Shown piece by piece: positions 19,483 through 29,493 of a stretch of 64,000 nt of DNA. The DNA is from Curvibacter sp. GWA2_63_95 (GTDB lineage: Bacteria; Pseudomonadota; Gammaproteobacteria; Burkholderiales; Burkholderiaceae_C), in assembly GCA_001795455.1 (NCBI GenBank), contig MGPB01000019.1, forward strand, positions 36,630 through 100,629, given 5' to 3'. The translations under genes were made by a program, and so were the position numbers. Position 1 is the stretch's first letter; every line of letters begins with the position of its first letter. Below the pieces are notes generated by a model. That model had not been told where the DNA came from and searched no databases. It saw only the letters and a list, made by a program, of their open reading frames with translations.

Positions 19483-20181
19483 TCAAGTCGCGGCAGGGTA
19501 GCTGCGGGCGCCAAAGATCGCACTGCCCACCCGCACCTGGGTGCTACCGCTGGCCACGGCAGCATCCAGGTCAGCACTCATGCCCATGGAGAGGGTGTCC
19601 AGCCCCAGCCCCTCTGCATTTAATGCATCAAATAGGCCTCTAGCCCTCTTGAATACTGCGCAAGCAGCTACAAAATCAATAGCAGGTTCGGGAATACACA
19701 TCAGACCTCGCAACTGCAGGCGCGGCAACTGCGCTACGGCGCGAGCCAGCGCCAGCGCCTCGTCGGGCAACACGCCCGACTTGGTGGGACCGCCATCCAC
19801 ATTCACCTGCACACACACCTGCAAGGGCGGCAAATGCGCCGGACGCTGCTCGCTCAGGCGCTGGGCGATCTTCAACCGGTCCACCGTGTGTGCCCATTGG
19901 AAGTGCTCCGCCACCAGCCGCGTCTTGTTGCTCTGGATGGGGCCGATGCAGTGCCATTCAATCGGCAGCGCGGTCAGTGCGGCGATTTTTTCCACCGCTT
20001 CCTGGATGTAGTTTTCGCCAAACGCACGCTGGCCCGCGTCAAAGGCCTGCTGCACCGCATCGGGGCCAAAAGTCTTGGAAACTGCCAGCAGTTGCACCGC
20101 GTCCACCGGCCGTCCGGCCTGTGTGCACGCCTGGGTGATGCGGGCGCGTACCGCGTGGAGATTGTCTGCAATCATCGTCAT
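19483..20181 (-). CDS. yggS: PLP homeostasis protein YggS
   Basis: LLAVSKT, FGENYIQE, WHCIGPIQSNK, LSMGMS.D, VRVGSAIFG. Confidence 0.95.
   Translation of the reverse strand: MTMIADNLHAVRARITQACTQAGRPVDAVQLLAVSKTFGPDAVQQAFDAGQRAFGENYIQEAVEKIAALTALPIEWHCIGPIQSNKTRLVAEHFQWAHTVDRLKIAQRLSEQRPAHLPPLQVCVQVNVDGGPTKSGVLPDEALALARAVAQLPRLQLRGLMCIPEPAIDFVAACAVFKRARGLFDALNAEGLGLDTLSMGMSADLDAAVASGSTQVRVGSAIFGARSYPAAT
19619..19684 (-). repeat. Repeat family A, copy 6 (in frame in yggS)
   Basis: Reverse complement TGCTATTGATTTTGTAGCTGCTTGCGCAGTATTCAAGAGGGCTAGAGGCCTATTTGATGCATTAAA. Confidence 0.9.
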
Positions 20182-20235
20182 AATCTGCCAAGCGTACCAA
20201 ACCCTTCCCAGCCCATCTCAGCGAAAGAGGATTCC

Positions 20236-21279
20236 GTGGACATTACCCAGCTGTTGGCGTTCAGCGTCAAAAACAAGGCTTCCGACTTGCACCTCTCTGC
20301 CGGTCTCCCTCCCATGATCCGGGTGCATGGCGATGTGCGACGCATCAACGTGGAGCCGCTGGACCACAAGCAGGTGCACGCCATGGTGTACGACATCATG
20401 AACGACACGCAGCGCAAGATGTACGAGGAGTTCCTGGAAATCGACTTCTCTTTCGAGATTGACGGTCTGGCGCGCTTCCGGGTCAACGCCTTCAACCACA
20501 ACCGCGGCGCGGGTGCAGTGTTCCGGACGATTCCGAGCAAAATCCTCTCGCTGGAGCAGCTCAACGCACCCAAGATTTTTGCCGACCTGGCCTTGAAGCC
20601 ACGCGGCCTGGTACTGGTCACCGGCCCCACGGGATCGGGCAAGTCCACCACGCTGGCGGCCATGGTCAACTTCTTAAACGAAACCGAGTTCGGCCACATC
20701 CTGACGGTGGAAGACCCGATCGAGTTTGTGCACGAGTCCAAGAAGTGTCTGGTCAACCAGCGTGAAGTGGGGCCGCACACGCTGAGTTTTGCCGCCGCGC
20801 TGAAGTCCGCGCTACGGGAAGATCCAGATGCGATTCTGGTGGGCGAAATGCGCGACCTGGAAACCATTCGCCTGGCCATGACGGCCGCAGAAACAGGCCA
20901 CTTGGTGTTTGGTACCTTGCACACATCGAGTGCGGCCAAGACCATCGACCGGATCATTGACGTGTTCCCGTCCGAAGAAAAGGAAATGGTGCGGGCCATG
21001 TTGTCCGAGTCGCTGCAGGCCGTGATCTCGCAAACCCTGTGCAAAACCAAAGACGGCCAGGGCCGTGTGGCAGCGCACGAAATCATGTTGGGCACCAGCG
21101 CCATCCGCAACCTGATCCGCGAGGCCAAGGTGGCACAGATGTACTCCTCCATCCAGACCGGCAACAGCGTGGGCATGCAGACGCTGGACCAGAACCTGAC
21201 CGACCTGGTGAAGCGCAACATCATCAGCCCCTCAGAAGCCCGTGGCAAAGCCAAAATCCCTGAGAACTTCCCGGGGTAG
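20236..21279 (+). CDS. pilT: Type IV pilus retraction ATPase PilT
   Basis: GTG start MDITQLLAFSVKNKASDLHLSAG, GPTGSGKST, LREDPD, AIRNLIRE. Confidence 0.96.
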   Translation: MDITQLLAFSVKNKASDLHLSAGLPPMIRVHGDVRRINVEPLDHKQVHAMVYDIMNDTQRKMYEEFLEIDFSFEIDGLARFRVNAFNHNRGAGAVFRTIPSKILSLEQLNAPKIFADLALKPRGLVLVTGPTGSGKSTTLAAMVNFLNETEFGHILTVEDPIEFVHESKKCLVNQREVGPHTLSFAAALKSALREDPDAILVGEMRDLETIRLAMTAAETGHLVFGTLHTSSAAKTIDRIIDVFPSEEKEMVRAMLSESLQAVISQTLCKTKDGQGRVAAHEIMLGTSAIRNLIREAKVAQMYSSIQTGNSVGMQTLDQNLTDLVKRNIISPSEARGKAKIPENFPG

Positions 21280-21283
21280 CTGT

Positions 21284-21377
21284 GGAACACCCCCCGGCTT
21301 GCCCACTGCGTGTGGCCGCTTTCCCCCTTGCAGGGGGCAACACCAGCGGTCCGGCAAAGCCGGTCCCGCGGTGTTCC
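21284..21377. repeat. MITE/REP-like palindromic element (family C)
   Basis: 8 bp terminal inverted repeats GGAACACC...GGTGTTCC with internal hairpin CCCCCTTGCAGGGGG and CCGG-caaag-CCGG. Confidence 0.6.
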
Positions 21378-21434
21378 TGGGTTTTGGGGGCACTTCGCTC
21401 CACCGTGTCGATTTAGCGAAAAGGAGGTGTTCTT

Positions 21435-22571
21435 ATGGAACGCGATCAGGCAACCAAATTTATCAACGACCTGCTCAAGCTGATGGTCAGCCGCAATGGC
21501 AGCGACTTGTTCATCACCGCCGAGTTTCCGCCCGCCATCAAGGTGGACGGCAAGATCACCAAGGTCTCGCCCCAGCCACTCAACGCGGCGCACACCATGG
21601 CACTGGCGCGTTCCATCATGAACGACAAGCAGGTGGCGGAGTTCGAGCGCACCAAGGAGAGCAACTTCGCCATCGCGCCGGCCGGCATAGGCCGCTTCCG
21701 CGCCAACGCTTTCATCCAGCAGGGCAAGGTCGGGCTGGTGCTGCGCGTGATTCCGCAGGTGCTGCCCACCATCGACGGGCTGGGCGTGCCCCAGGTGCTC
21801 AAGGAGGTGGTGATGGCCAAGCGCGGCCTGTGCATCATGGTGGGCGCCACGGGTTCAGGCAAATCCACCACGCTGGCGGCCATGGTGGATTGGCGCAATG
21901 ACAAGTCCTTTGGCCACATCATCACCATCGAAGACCCGGTGGAGTTTGTGCATGCGCACAAGAACTGTGTGGTCACGCAGCGCGAAGTGGGCCTGGATAC
22001 CGACAGCTGGGAAGCGGCGCTGAAGAACACGCTGCGCCAGGCGCCAGATGTGATTCTGATGGGCGAGATCCGCGACCGCGAAACCATGGAACACGCGGTG
22101 GCCTTTGCCGAAACCGGCCACCTGTGCCTGGCCACCCTGCACGCCAACAGCGCCAACCAGGCGCTGGACCGCATCATCAACTTCTTCCCCGAAGAGCGCC
22201 GCAGCCAGTTGCTGATGGACCTGTCACTGAACCTGAAAGCCCTGGTCTCGCAGCGCCTGATCCCCAAGCAGGATGGCAAGGGCCGTGTCGCTGCGGTAGA
22301 GATCATGATCAACTCGCCGCTGATTTCCGACCTGATCTTCAAGGGCGAAGTGTCCGAGGTGAAGGAAATCATGAAGAAGAGCCGCCAGGCCGGCATGCAA
22401 ACCTTCGACCAGGCGCTATTCGACCTCTACGAAGGCAATGCGATCACCTACGAAGACGCGCTGCGCAACGCCGATTCGCTCAACGACCTGCGCCTGCAGA
22501 TCAAACTCAACAGCCAGCGCGGCAAGTCCAACGACCTGTCCGCCGGTACCGAAAATTTCGCGATTATGTAA
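21435..22571 (+). CDS. pilU: PilT-family ATPase PilU
   Basis: GSDLFIT, GATGSGKST, LRQAPD, GMQTFDQ. Confidence 0.95.
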   Translation: MERDQATKFINDLLKLMVSRNGSDLFITAEFPPAIKVDGKITKVSPQPLNAAHTMALARSIMNDKQVAEFERTKESNFAIAPAGIGRFRANAFIQQGKVGLVLRVIPQVLPTIDGLGVPQVLKEVVMAKRGLCIMVGATGSGKSTTLAAMVDWRNDKSFGHIITIEDPVEFVHAHKNCVVTQREVGLDTDSWEAALKNTLRQAPDVILMGEIRDRETMEHAVAFAETGHLCLATLHANSANQALDRIINFFPEERRSQLLMDLSLNLKALVSQRLIPKQDGKGRVAAVEIMINSPLISDLIFKGEVSEVKEIMKKSRQAGMQTFDQALFDLYEGNAITYEDALRNADSLNDLRLQIKLNSQRGKSNDLSAGTENFAIM

Positions 22572-22577
22572 AACGTG

Positions 22578-22655
22578 GCCCCCACGCTCCGCCGCTGCGC
22601 GGGTCGCTGCCCCCCAAGGGGGCTAATTTTCCTTGGGGCGGCCCGGCGGAAAATT
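22578..22655 (+). repeat. GC-rich palindromic repeat family B, intergenic copy
   Basis: GCCCCCACGCTCCGCCGCTGCGCGGGTCGCTGCCCCCCAAGGGGGCTAATTTTCCTTGGGGCGGCCCGGCGGAAAATT; near-identical to reverse complement of 44462-44533. Confidence 0.88.
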
Positions 22656-22686
22656 GCCTTTCCACCCGATTGAATCCTTTATTGTC

Positions 22687-23613
22687 ATGCCCAACATCAA
22701 CGACAAAACCTACGAACCCTCCCCCGCCTACTCCGTCGCCTTTCTGGGCCTGGGCGTCATGGGCTACCCCATGGCCGGGCACCTGGCCCGCGCTGGCCAC
22801 CAGGTCACGGTGTACAACCGGACCGCTACAAAATCGATAGCTTGGTGCGCAGAATTTGCGGGGGCTAGCAGCCAATTGGGCGCCCATTCCCACGCCCCCA
22901 CACCTCGCCAGGCGGTACAGCAGGCGGACATCGTGTTTTGCTGCGTGGGCAATGACGACGACCTGCGCAGCGTGACCCTGGGGGCCGATGGTGCCTTTGC
23001 GGGCATGAAGCCCGGCGCCATTTTTGTGGACCACACCACCGCGTCTGCCGATATCGCACGCGAGCTCAGTGTCGCAGCACACGCCCGGAGCCTGCAGTTC
23101 ATCGATGCCCCCGTGTCCGGCGGCCAAGCCGGTGCGCAAAACGGTCTGCTGACCGTGATGTGTGGGGGTGATGCGAATGCGTTTGAAACGGTCAAACCCG
23201 TCGCCATGGCCTTCTCCCGTGCCTTCACGCTGCTCGGTGAGAGCGGTGCCGGTCAACTCGCCAAGATGGTGAACCAGATTTGTATTGCCGGGCTGGTGCA
23301 GGGCCTCTCGGAGGCGATTGCTTTTGGCCAGAAAGCCGGGCTGGACATGAACCAGGTGCTGGACGTGATCGGCAAGGGCGCAGCCCAAAGCTGGCAGCTG
23401 GACAACCGTGGCAAGACCATGGTGGCCGACAAGTTTGATTTCGGGTTTGCGGTGGACTGGATGCGCAAGGACCTGGGTCTGGTGCTGGATGAAGCCAAAC
23501 GCAACGGTGCACGCCTGCCAGTGACCGCCTTGGTAGACCAGTTCTACGCCGATGTGCAGCAGATGGGCGGCAAGCGCTGGGACACCAGCAGCCTGATCAA
23601 GCGGTTGAAGTGA
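22687..23613 (+). CDS. NAD(P)-dependent oxidoreductase, 3-hydroxyisobutyrate dehydrogenase family
   Basis: FLGLGVMGYPMA, DAPVSGG, GQLAKMVNQI motifs. Confidence 0.92.
   Translation: MPNINDKTYEPSPAYSVAFLGLGVMGYPMAGHLARAGHQVTVYNRTATKSIAWCAEFAGASSQLGAHSHAPTPRQAVQQADIVFCCVGNDDDLRSVTLGADGAFAGMKPGAIFVDHTTASADIARELSVAAHARSLQFIDAPVSGGQAGAQNGLLTVMCGGDANAFETVKPVAMAFSRAFTLLGESGAGQLAKMVNQICIAGLVQGLSEAIAFGQKAGLDMNQVLDVIGKGAAQSWQLDNRGKTMVADKFDFGFAVDWMRKDLGLVLDEAKRNGARLPVTALVDQFYADVQQMGGKRWDTSSLIKRLK
22825..22881 (+). repeat. Repeat family A, copy 7 (in frame in the oxidoreductase)
   Basis: GCTACAAAATCGATAGCTTGGTGCGCAGAATTTGCGGGGGCTAGCAGCCAATTGGGC. Confidence 0.8.
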
Positions 23614-23637
23614 ATGTAGTCCCCGCGCCCCACCATG

Positions 23638-23662
23638 AAAAACGGCCCTGACGGGCCGTTTT

Positions 23663-23664
<2 letters not shown>
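23638..23664. terminator. Bidirectional Rho-independent terminator
   Basis: AAAAACGGCCC-tgac-GGGCCGTTTTTT between convergent genes. Confidence 0.88.
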
Positions 23665-24954
<1,290 letters not shown>

Positions 24955-25344
24955 TCAGGATGCATCAAATGCGGCCTGCAGCCATTCGATCTGGTCGCCG
25001 TCCAGGACCACCACATCGAAACGGCAGGGAGGCAAGCGCGCCAGGCGCAGCAGGTAATGCTGTGCAGCAAACACAATGCGGCGCTGTTTGACCGCCCCCA
25101 CACTGGCGGCACCCCCGCCGTGGCTGCTGGAGGCCCGTTTGCGCACCTCCACAAACACCAGGGTGCCATCGGGCGAGCGCATGATCAGATCGATTTCTCC
25201 GCCGCCCCGTCCGGGGGTTCGATAATTGCGGGTGACCAGCATCAGCCCCTGCCCTTGCAAATAGCGCAGAGCGGCGTCTTCTCCCGCGTCCCCCAGCTGT
25301 TTGGTGGTCGCGCTTCGTGCAGGTCGTTTCGGAAAGAATTCCAT
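24955..25344 (-). CDS. yraN: YraN family (UPF0102) predicted nuclease
   Basis: GDAGEDAA, RNYR..GGEIDLI, FVEVRKR, CRFDV. Confidence 0.92.
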   Translation of the reverse strand: MEFFPKRPARSATTKQLGDAGEDAALRYLQGQGLMLVTRNYRTPGRGGGEIDLIMRSPDGTLVFVEVRKRASSSHGGGAASVGAVKQRRIVFAAQHYLLRLARLPPCRFDVVVLDGDQIEWLQAAFDAS

Positions 25345-25346
25345 CT

Positions 25347-26258
25347 ATGAGTGCGTCGTTTATCTCTGCCCTGTCCGCTGCCAAAGAGGCTGCCGGTGCG
25401 CAGCATTATCCGCAGGGCGCGCTGTACCTGATAGCCACCCCGATTGGCAACCTGGCCGACATCAGCTTGCGCGCGCTGCACGTGCTGGCGCTGGCCGACA
25501 CAATTGCCTGCGAGGACACCCGCCATACCCAGCAATTGCTGCGCGCCTACGGCATCGACAAATCGTCCGCACAGCTGCTGGCGGTGCACCAGCACAATGA
25601 GGCCCAGGCGGCGGAAGGTGTTGTAAACCGCCTGCGCCAGGACCAGCGTGTGGCCTATGTGAGCGATGCGGGGACACCCGGCATCAGTGACCCTGGTGCG
25701 CGGCTGGTGACCCAGGTACGGGCTGCGGGCCTGCGCAGCATCCCCCTGCCCGGGGCCAGCAGCGTGACCACGGCCCTGTGTGCGGCCGGCTTGGCAGAAG
25801 GTGGTGATGGCCACAGTGGTTTTGTGTTCCGGGGGTTTTTATCCTCCAAGGCGACCGAACGCGGCCACGAGGTGCAGCTGCTGGCCGAAGAACGCCGCGC
25901 GGTGGTGCTGCTGGAAGCCCCCCACCGCATTGAAGCGCTGGCGCTGGCGCTGGCACCGCTGGGCGAACGCCTGGTCACCGTGGGACGTGAACTGACCAAG
26001 CAGTTTGAAGAGATTGCCACCGTGGCAGCGGCGGAGTTGGCGGCCTGGCTGGCCGCCGATGCAAACCGCTTACGCGGCGAGTTTGCGTTGGTGATTCACC
26101 CCGCCGCAGGCAACGCCACGCAAGCGCCGGACGACCGGGTGCTCAAGCTGTTGCTGGCAGAGCTGCCACTTAAAACCGCGGTGAAGCTGGCGGCCGACAT
26201 CACCGGTGAGGCCCGCAACGCGCTGTACGACCGCGCCCTGGCCCTCAAGCAGGGCTAA
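25347..26258 (+). CDS. rsmI: 16S rRNA C1402 2'-O-methyltransferase
   Basis: LYLIATPIGNLADIS, ACEDTR, VSDAGTPGISDPG, RELTK.FEE. Confidence 0.95.
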   Translation: MSASFISALSAAKEAAGAQHYPQGALYLIATPIGNLADISLRALHVLALADTIACEDTRHTQQLLRAYGIDKSSAQLLAVHQHNEAQAAEGVVNRLRQDQRVAYVSDAGTPGISDPGARLVTQVRAAGLRSIPLPGASSVTTALCAAGLAEGGDGHSGFVFRGFLSSKATERGHEVQLLAEERRAVVLLEAPHRIEALALALAPLGERLVTVGRELTKQFEEIATVAAAELAAWLAADANRLRGEFALVIHPAAGNATQAPDDRVLKLLLAELPLKTAVKLAADITGEARNALYDRALALKQG

Positions 26259-26262
26259 GGCC

Positions 26263-26895
26263 TCAGGCCTGTTGCCAGGCCTGCACGTAGGCGCGCCCGC
26301 GCTGCAACACATCGGCCGCAGAAGTACCCGGTGCAAACAGCTGGCTGCCAATGCCGAAGCCGGTCGCGCCAGCCTTCTTCCAGGGGGCCATGCTTTCGGG
26401 GGTGATGCCACCCACGGGCCACAGGTCGGTGCCCGCAGGGAGCACCGACTTCAGGGCCTTGATGCCGCCGTGGCCCACCATCTCGGCCGGGAAGAGCTTG
26501 AGCGCGTGGGCACCCGCCTGCAAAGCCGCAAAGGCCTCCGTCGGCGTGGCCACACCAGGCGCGCACAGCATGCCCAGCTCCACCGCACGGCGGATCACTG
26601 CGACATCGCAGTTGGGCGAGACCATGAGGCGGCCGCCGGCAGCGTGCACAGCTTCCACATCGGCCACGGCCAGCATGGTGCCGCCGCCCACAATGGCGTC
26701 GGCCGGCAGGGTGCGCGCCAGCGTGGCAATACATTCCAGCGCACCTGGGCGGTTCAGTGGCACTTCCAGCGTGCGAAAGCCGCTCTCGACCAGTGCCTCC
26801 CCCACAGCTTGCGCCTCGGCAGGCAGCAGCCCGCGCAAGATGGCCACCAAGGGGGTGCGGCGCGCACGCGCCAACAGTTCCAGGGAATCGCTCAT
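26263..26895 (-). CDS. dgoA: 2-dehydro-3-deoxy-6-phosphogalactonate aldolase
   Basis: LVAILRG, LEVPLN, VSPN, PTEAF, LKLFPA, PVGG; start at ATG 26895. Confidence 0.9.
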   Translation of the reverse strand: MSDSLELLARARRTPLVAILRGLLPAEAQAVGEALVESGFRTLEVPLNRPGALECIATLARTLPADAIVGGGTMLAVADVEAVHAAGGRLMVSPNCDVAVIRRAVELGMLCAPGVATPTEAFAALQAGAHALKLFPAEMVGHGGIKALKSVLPAGTDLWPVGGITPESMAPWKKAGATGFGIGSQLFAPGTSAADVLQRGRAYVQAWQQA

Positions 26896-27818
26896 AGGGG
26901 TTTCCAGTTCAGGTGAATGTGGTGGACGGCCGCCACAAAGGCAGCCTTGGCGTCGAGGATGTCGAACGACAGGCCCAGGTGCTGGGCCGCAGTCTGGTAG
27001 TGGGCCGCGAGTTGCGGCGAGCCCAGCAGTTTGAACGTGCCCTGCGGGCCTGTGCCTGCGCTGCCCTGCAACACGTCTTTGAGTTCGGTGCCAATCAACA
27101 AACCGCTCAAATAGGCGGTAGTGCTGGAGGCCGCCATGTCTTTGCAGACCACGCGCGCCCGGACACTGAAAATCTGGTGACTCAGCGCATGGTGGCCCGC
27201 AGCCTTCACGCCTTCTGCAAAGGCCGTCTCGTCCCACACCGGAGCCACACCACCGGCTGCCGCGGCCACCGTGCCATGTTTGCTGAGCAGGTCGAACAAT
27301 TCACCGGTCATGTAGGTGCGTAGCTGGACTACGCGGCCTTCGTGCAACTCCACCCACTTGCTGTGCGTGCCGGGCAGCACAAACCAGCCACTGCGGTGCC
27401 CCAGGGCCCAGGCGCCCAACAGCTGGGTTTCTTCGCCGCGCATCACATCGGGCACGCCCTGCGCATTGCGTACGCGGTAGCCCGGAATAATGATGGCCGA
27501 CACGCCAGGCGCCGCATCGGGCACCCGCATGGCATGGGCGGCCAGGTCTTGCACGGGCACGCTGCTATCGACATACGGCACCTCGTGCCAGCCCAGTGCG
27601 CTGCCCACCATGCCTGCCAGCACCACGCCCGTGCCGTGCACATCCAACGCTTGCAGCGCGACGTCCAGAGCGGCGGGAAAGCGGCCTTTGCAGGCCAGCG
27701 CGCCGTCCGAATCAGAGATTTCACGTGCACACGCGCCGTCGCCCGTGATCGCATACGCCCGACGGTGGGTGGTACCCCAGTCCACACCGACAATCGAAAC
27801 AAGAGGGTTGGCAGCCAT
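26892..27818 (-). CDS. dgoK: 2-dehydro-3-deoxygalactonokinase
   Basis: VDWGTT, GMVGS..GW, DVMRGEETQ, LPGTHSKW, MTGELF. Confidence 0.93.
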   Translation of the reverse strand: MAANPLVSIVGVDWGTTHRRAYAITGDGACAREISDSDGALACKGRFPAALDVALQALDVHGTGVVLAGMVGSALGWHEVPYVDSSVPVQDLAAHAMRVPDAAPGVSAIIIPGYRVRNAQGVPDVMRGEETQLLGAWALGHRSGWFVLPGTHSKWVELHEGRVVQLRTYMTGELFDLLSKHGTVAAAAGGVAPVWDETAFAEGVKAAGHHALSHQIFSVRARVVCKDMAASSTTAYLSGLLIGTELKDVLQGSAGTGPQGTFKLLGSPQLAAHYQTAAQHLGLSFDILDAKAAFVAAVHHIHLNWKPL

Positions 27819-27859
27819 ATTTTGGGAGTTCACAGTGGATGTTCAGGCGAATTTAAACA

Positions 27860-27869
27860 TATGATGATT
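27860..27869. promoter_or_regulatory. Candidate FadR/DgoR operator (copy 1)
   Basis: TATGATGATT, repeated exactly at 28658-28667 upstream of the SDR gene. Confidence 0.5.
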
Positions 27870-27907
27870 AGACCCGATTTTTCCGCAAAACACCCCCGCC
27901 TTGCCCC

Positions 27908-28642
27908 ATGAAGTCTTCCGTACCCCCTCCCCACGCCACCTATGCCGGGCGCAACCTGCATGGCCAGGTGGTGAACGAGTTGGGCCGCCGGGTGGTTGGC
28001 GGCGTCTATGCCGCGGGGGCCTTGCTGCCCAATGAAGACCAGCTCTGCGCCGAGCTGGCAGTCAGCCGCACCGCGCTGCGTGAAGCCATCAAGGTGCTGG
28101 CGGCCAAAGGCCTGCTGGAGCCGCGGCCGCGCATCGGCACACGCGTGCGCCCCACCGAACAGTGGAACCTGCTGGACCCCGACATCCTGGCTTGGCGCTG
28201 CGCCACGGGCGCCGATGCCGAGTTTTTGCAGCACCTGACCGAGTTGCGCGAAATCATCGAACCCTCCGCCGCTGCGCTGGCCGCTACCAGCCACAAACCC
28301 GAGCAACTGGCCGATATTGCCCGCGCGCTGGATGCCATGCAAAAGGCCAGCCATATCAGTGAATGGGTGCAAGCCGACCTGGCCTTCCATACCGCCGTGC
28401 TCAAAGCCACCAACAACCCGCTGCTGATGCCGTTGGCCGCCATCATTGGCAGTGCGCTGGAGTCTCTCTTGGCGGTAAGCGCACGCACGTCCGAAAACTT
28501 CAAGCAAGCCCTGCCCGACCACCAGAAGGTGTTTGAAGCCATTGAGGCACGCGATGCCCAGAGTGCCTTGCATCGCATGGCGGGCCTGCTGTCAGACACC
28601 CGCTCACTGATGAAGCGGGCGGTTATTCCCCCCGTGTTGTGA
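27908..28642 (+). CDS. GntR/FadR-family regulator (DgoR-like)
   Basis: LPNEDQL..ELAVSRTALREAIKVLAAKGL..PRIGTRV HTH plus FCD domain; divergent from dgoK. Confidence 0.9.
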   Translation: MKSSVPPPHATYAGRNLHGQVVNELGRRVVGGVYAAGALLPNEDQLCAELAVSRTALREAIKVLAAKGLLEPRPRIGTRVRPTEQWNLLDPDILAWRCATGADAEFLQHLTELREIIEPSAAALAATSHKPEQLADIARALDAMQKASHISEWVQADLAFHTAVLKATNNPLLMPLAAIIGSALESLLAVSARTSENFKQALPDHQKVFEAIEARDAQSALHRMAGLLSDTRSLMKRAVIPPVL

Positions 28643-28657
28643 ATGTCCATTTATTTG

Positions 28658-28667
28658 TATGATGATT
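28658..28667. promoter_or_regulatory. Candidate FadR/DgoR operator (copy 2)
   Basis: TATGATGATT identical to 27860-27869. Confidence 0.5.
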
Positions 28668-28713
28668 GAGACACTTTCGCTACAATTCCCGCATCCTTTT
28701 TTGAGTCCTTTCC

Positions 28714-29493
28714 ATGTCCTCCCCCTCTCTTTCTGAATTTGCCAGGTACCCCAGCCTGGCTGGGCGCACGGTTTTTGTGACCGGTGGCAGCTCCGGCATT
28801 GGTGCCGACATCGTGATCGCCTATGCGCGCCAGGGCGCCAAGGTGGGCTTTACCGGCCGCAATGCCGAAGCGGCCGCCAAGGTGGTCGAAGCGGCCTCGG
28901 CTTTGGGCCCCACCCCCCTGTTTTTGCAGAGTGACGCCGCCGATGTGAACGCCTTGCGTGAAGCCATTGCGACCACAGCCCAGCGCTTTGGTGACATCAG
29001 CGTCCTGGTCAACAACGTGGCCAACGACCAGCGCCACAACCTGGCCGATGTGACCCCGGACGACTTTGACTGGCGTGTGGCCATCAACCTGCGTCCGGCT
29101 TTCTTTGCGGCGCAGGCCGTGGTGGACGGCATGACACGGCTGGGCGGCGGTGCCATCGTCAACCTGGGCTCCATCAGCTGGATGATCAAAGGCGCGGGCT
29201 ACCCGGTGTATGCCACCTGCAAATCGGCCACCGTGGGTCTGTCGCGCAGCCTGGCGCGTGACTTGGGCAAACTCAATATCCGCGTGAACACCCTGTCACC
29301 CGGCTGGATCATGACCGAGAAACAACTCACCATGTGGGTGGATGAAGCCGGTGAAAAAGCCATGGACGAAAACCAGTGCCTCCCCGGTCGCATTGTGGGC
29401 AGCGACGTGGCCAATATGGCCCTGTTCCTCTCCGCTGACGACAGCCGCATGGTGACGGCACAAGACTTTGTGGTGGACGCCGGATGGACCTGA
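28714..29493 (+). CDS. SDR-family sugar dehydrogenase (xylose/galactose dehydrogenase-like)
   Basis: TGGSSGIG, NNVANDQRH, YATCK (YxxxK), PGWIMTEKQ. Confidence 0.88.
   Translation: MSSPSLSEFARYPSLAGRTVFVTGGSSGIGADIVIAYARQGAKVGFTGRNAEAAAKVVEAASALGPTPLFLQSDAADVNALREAIATTAQRFGDISVLVNNVANDQRHNLADVTPDDFDWRVAINLRPAFFAAQAVVDGMTRLGGGAIVNLGSISWMIKGAGYPVYATCKSATVGLSRSLARDLGKLNIRVNTLSPGWIMTEKQLTMWVDEAGEKAMDENQCLPGRIVGSDVANMALFLSADDSRMVTAQDFVVDAGWT

Noticed and set aside
25342-25349. yraN and rsmI start codons only 2 bp apart on opposite strands
   Set aside because: Start positions are uncertain and this head-to-head arrangement is, to my recollection, common for the cluster in betaproteobacteria
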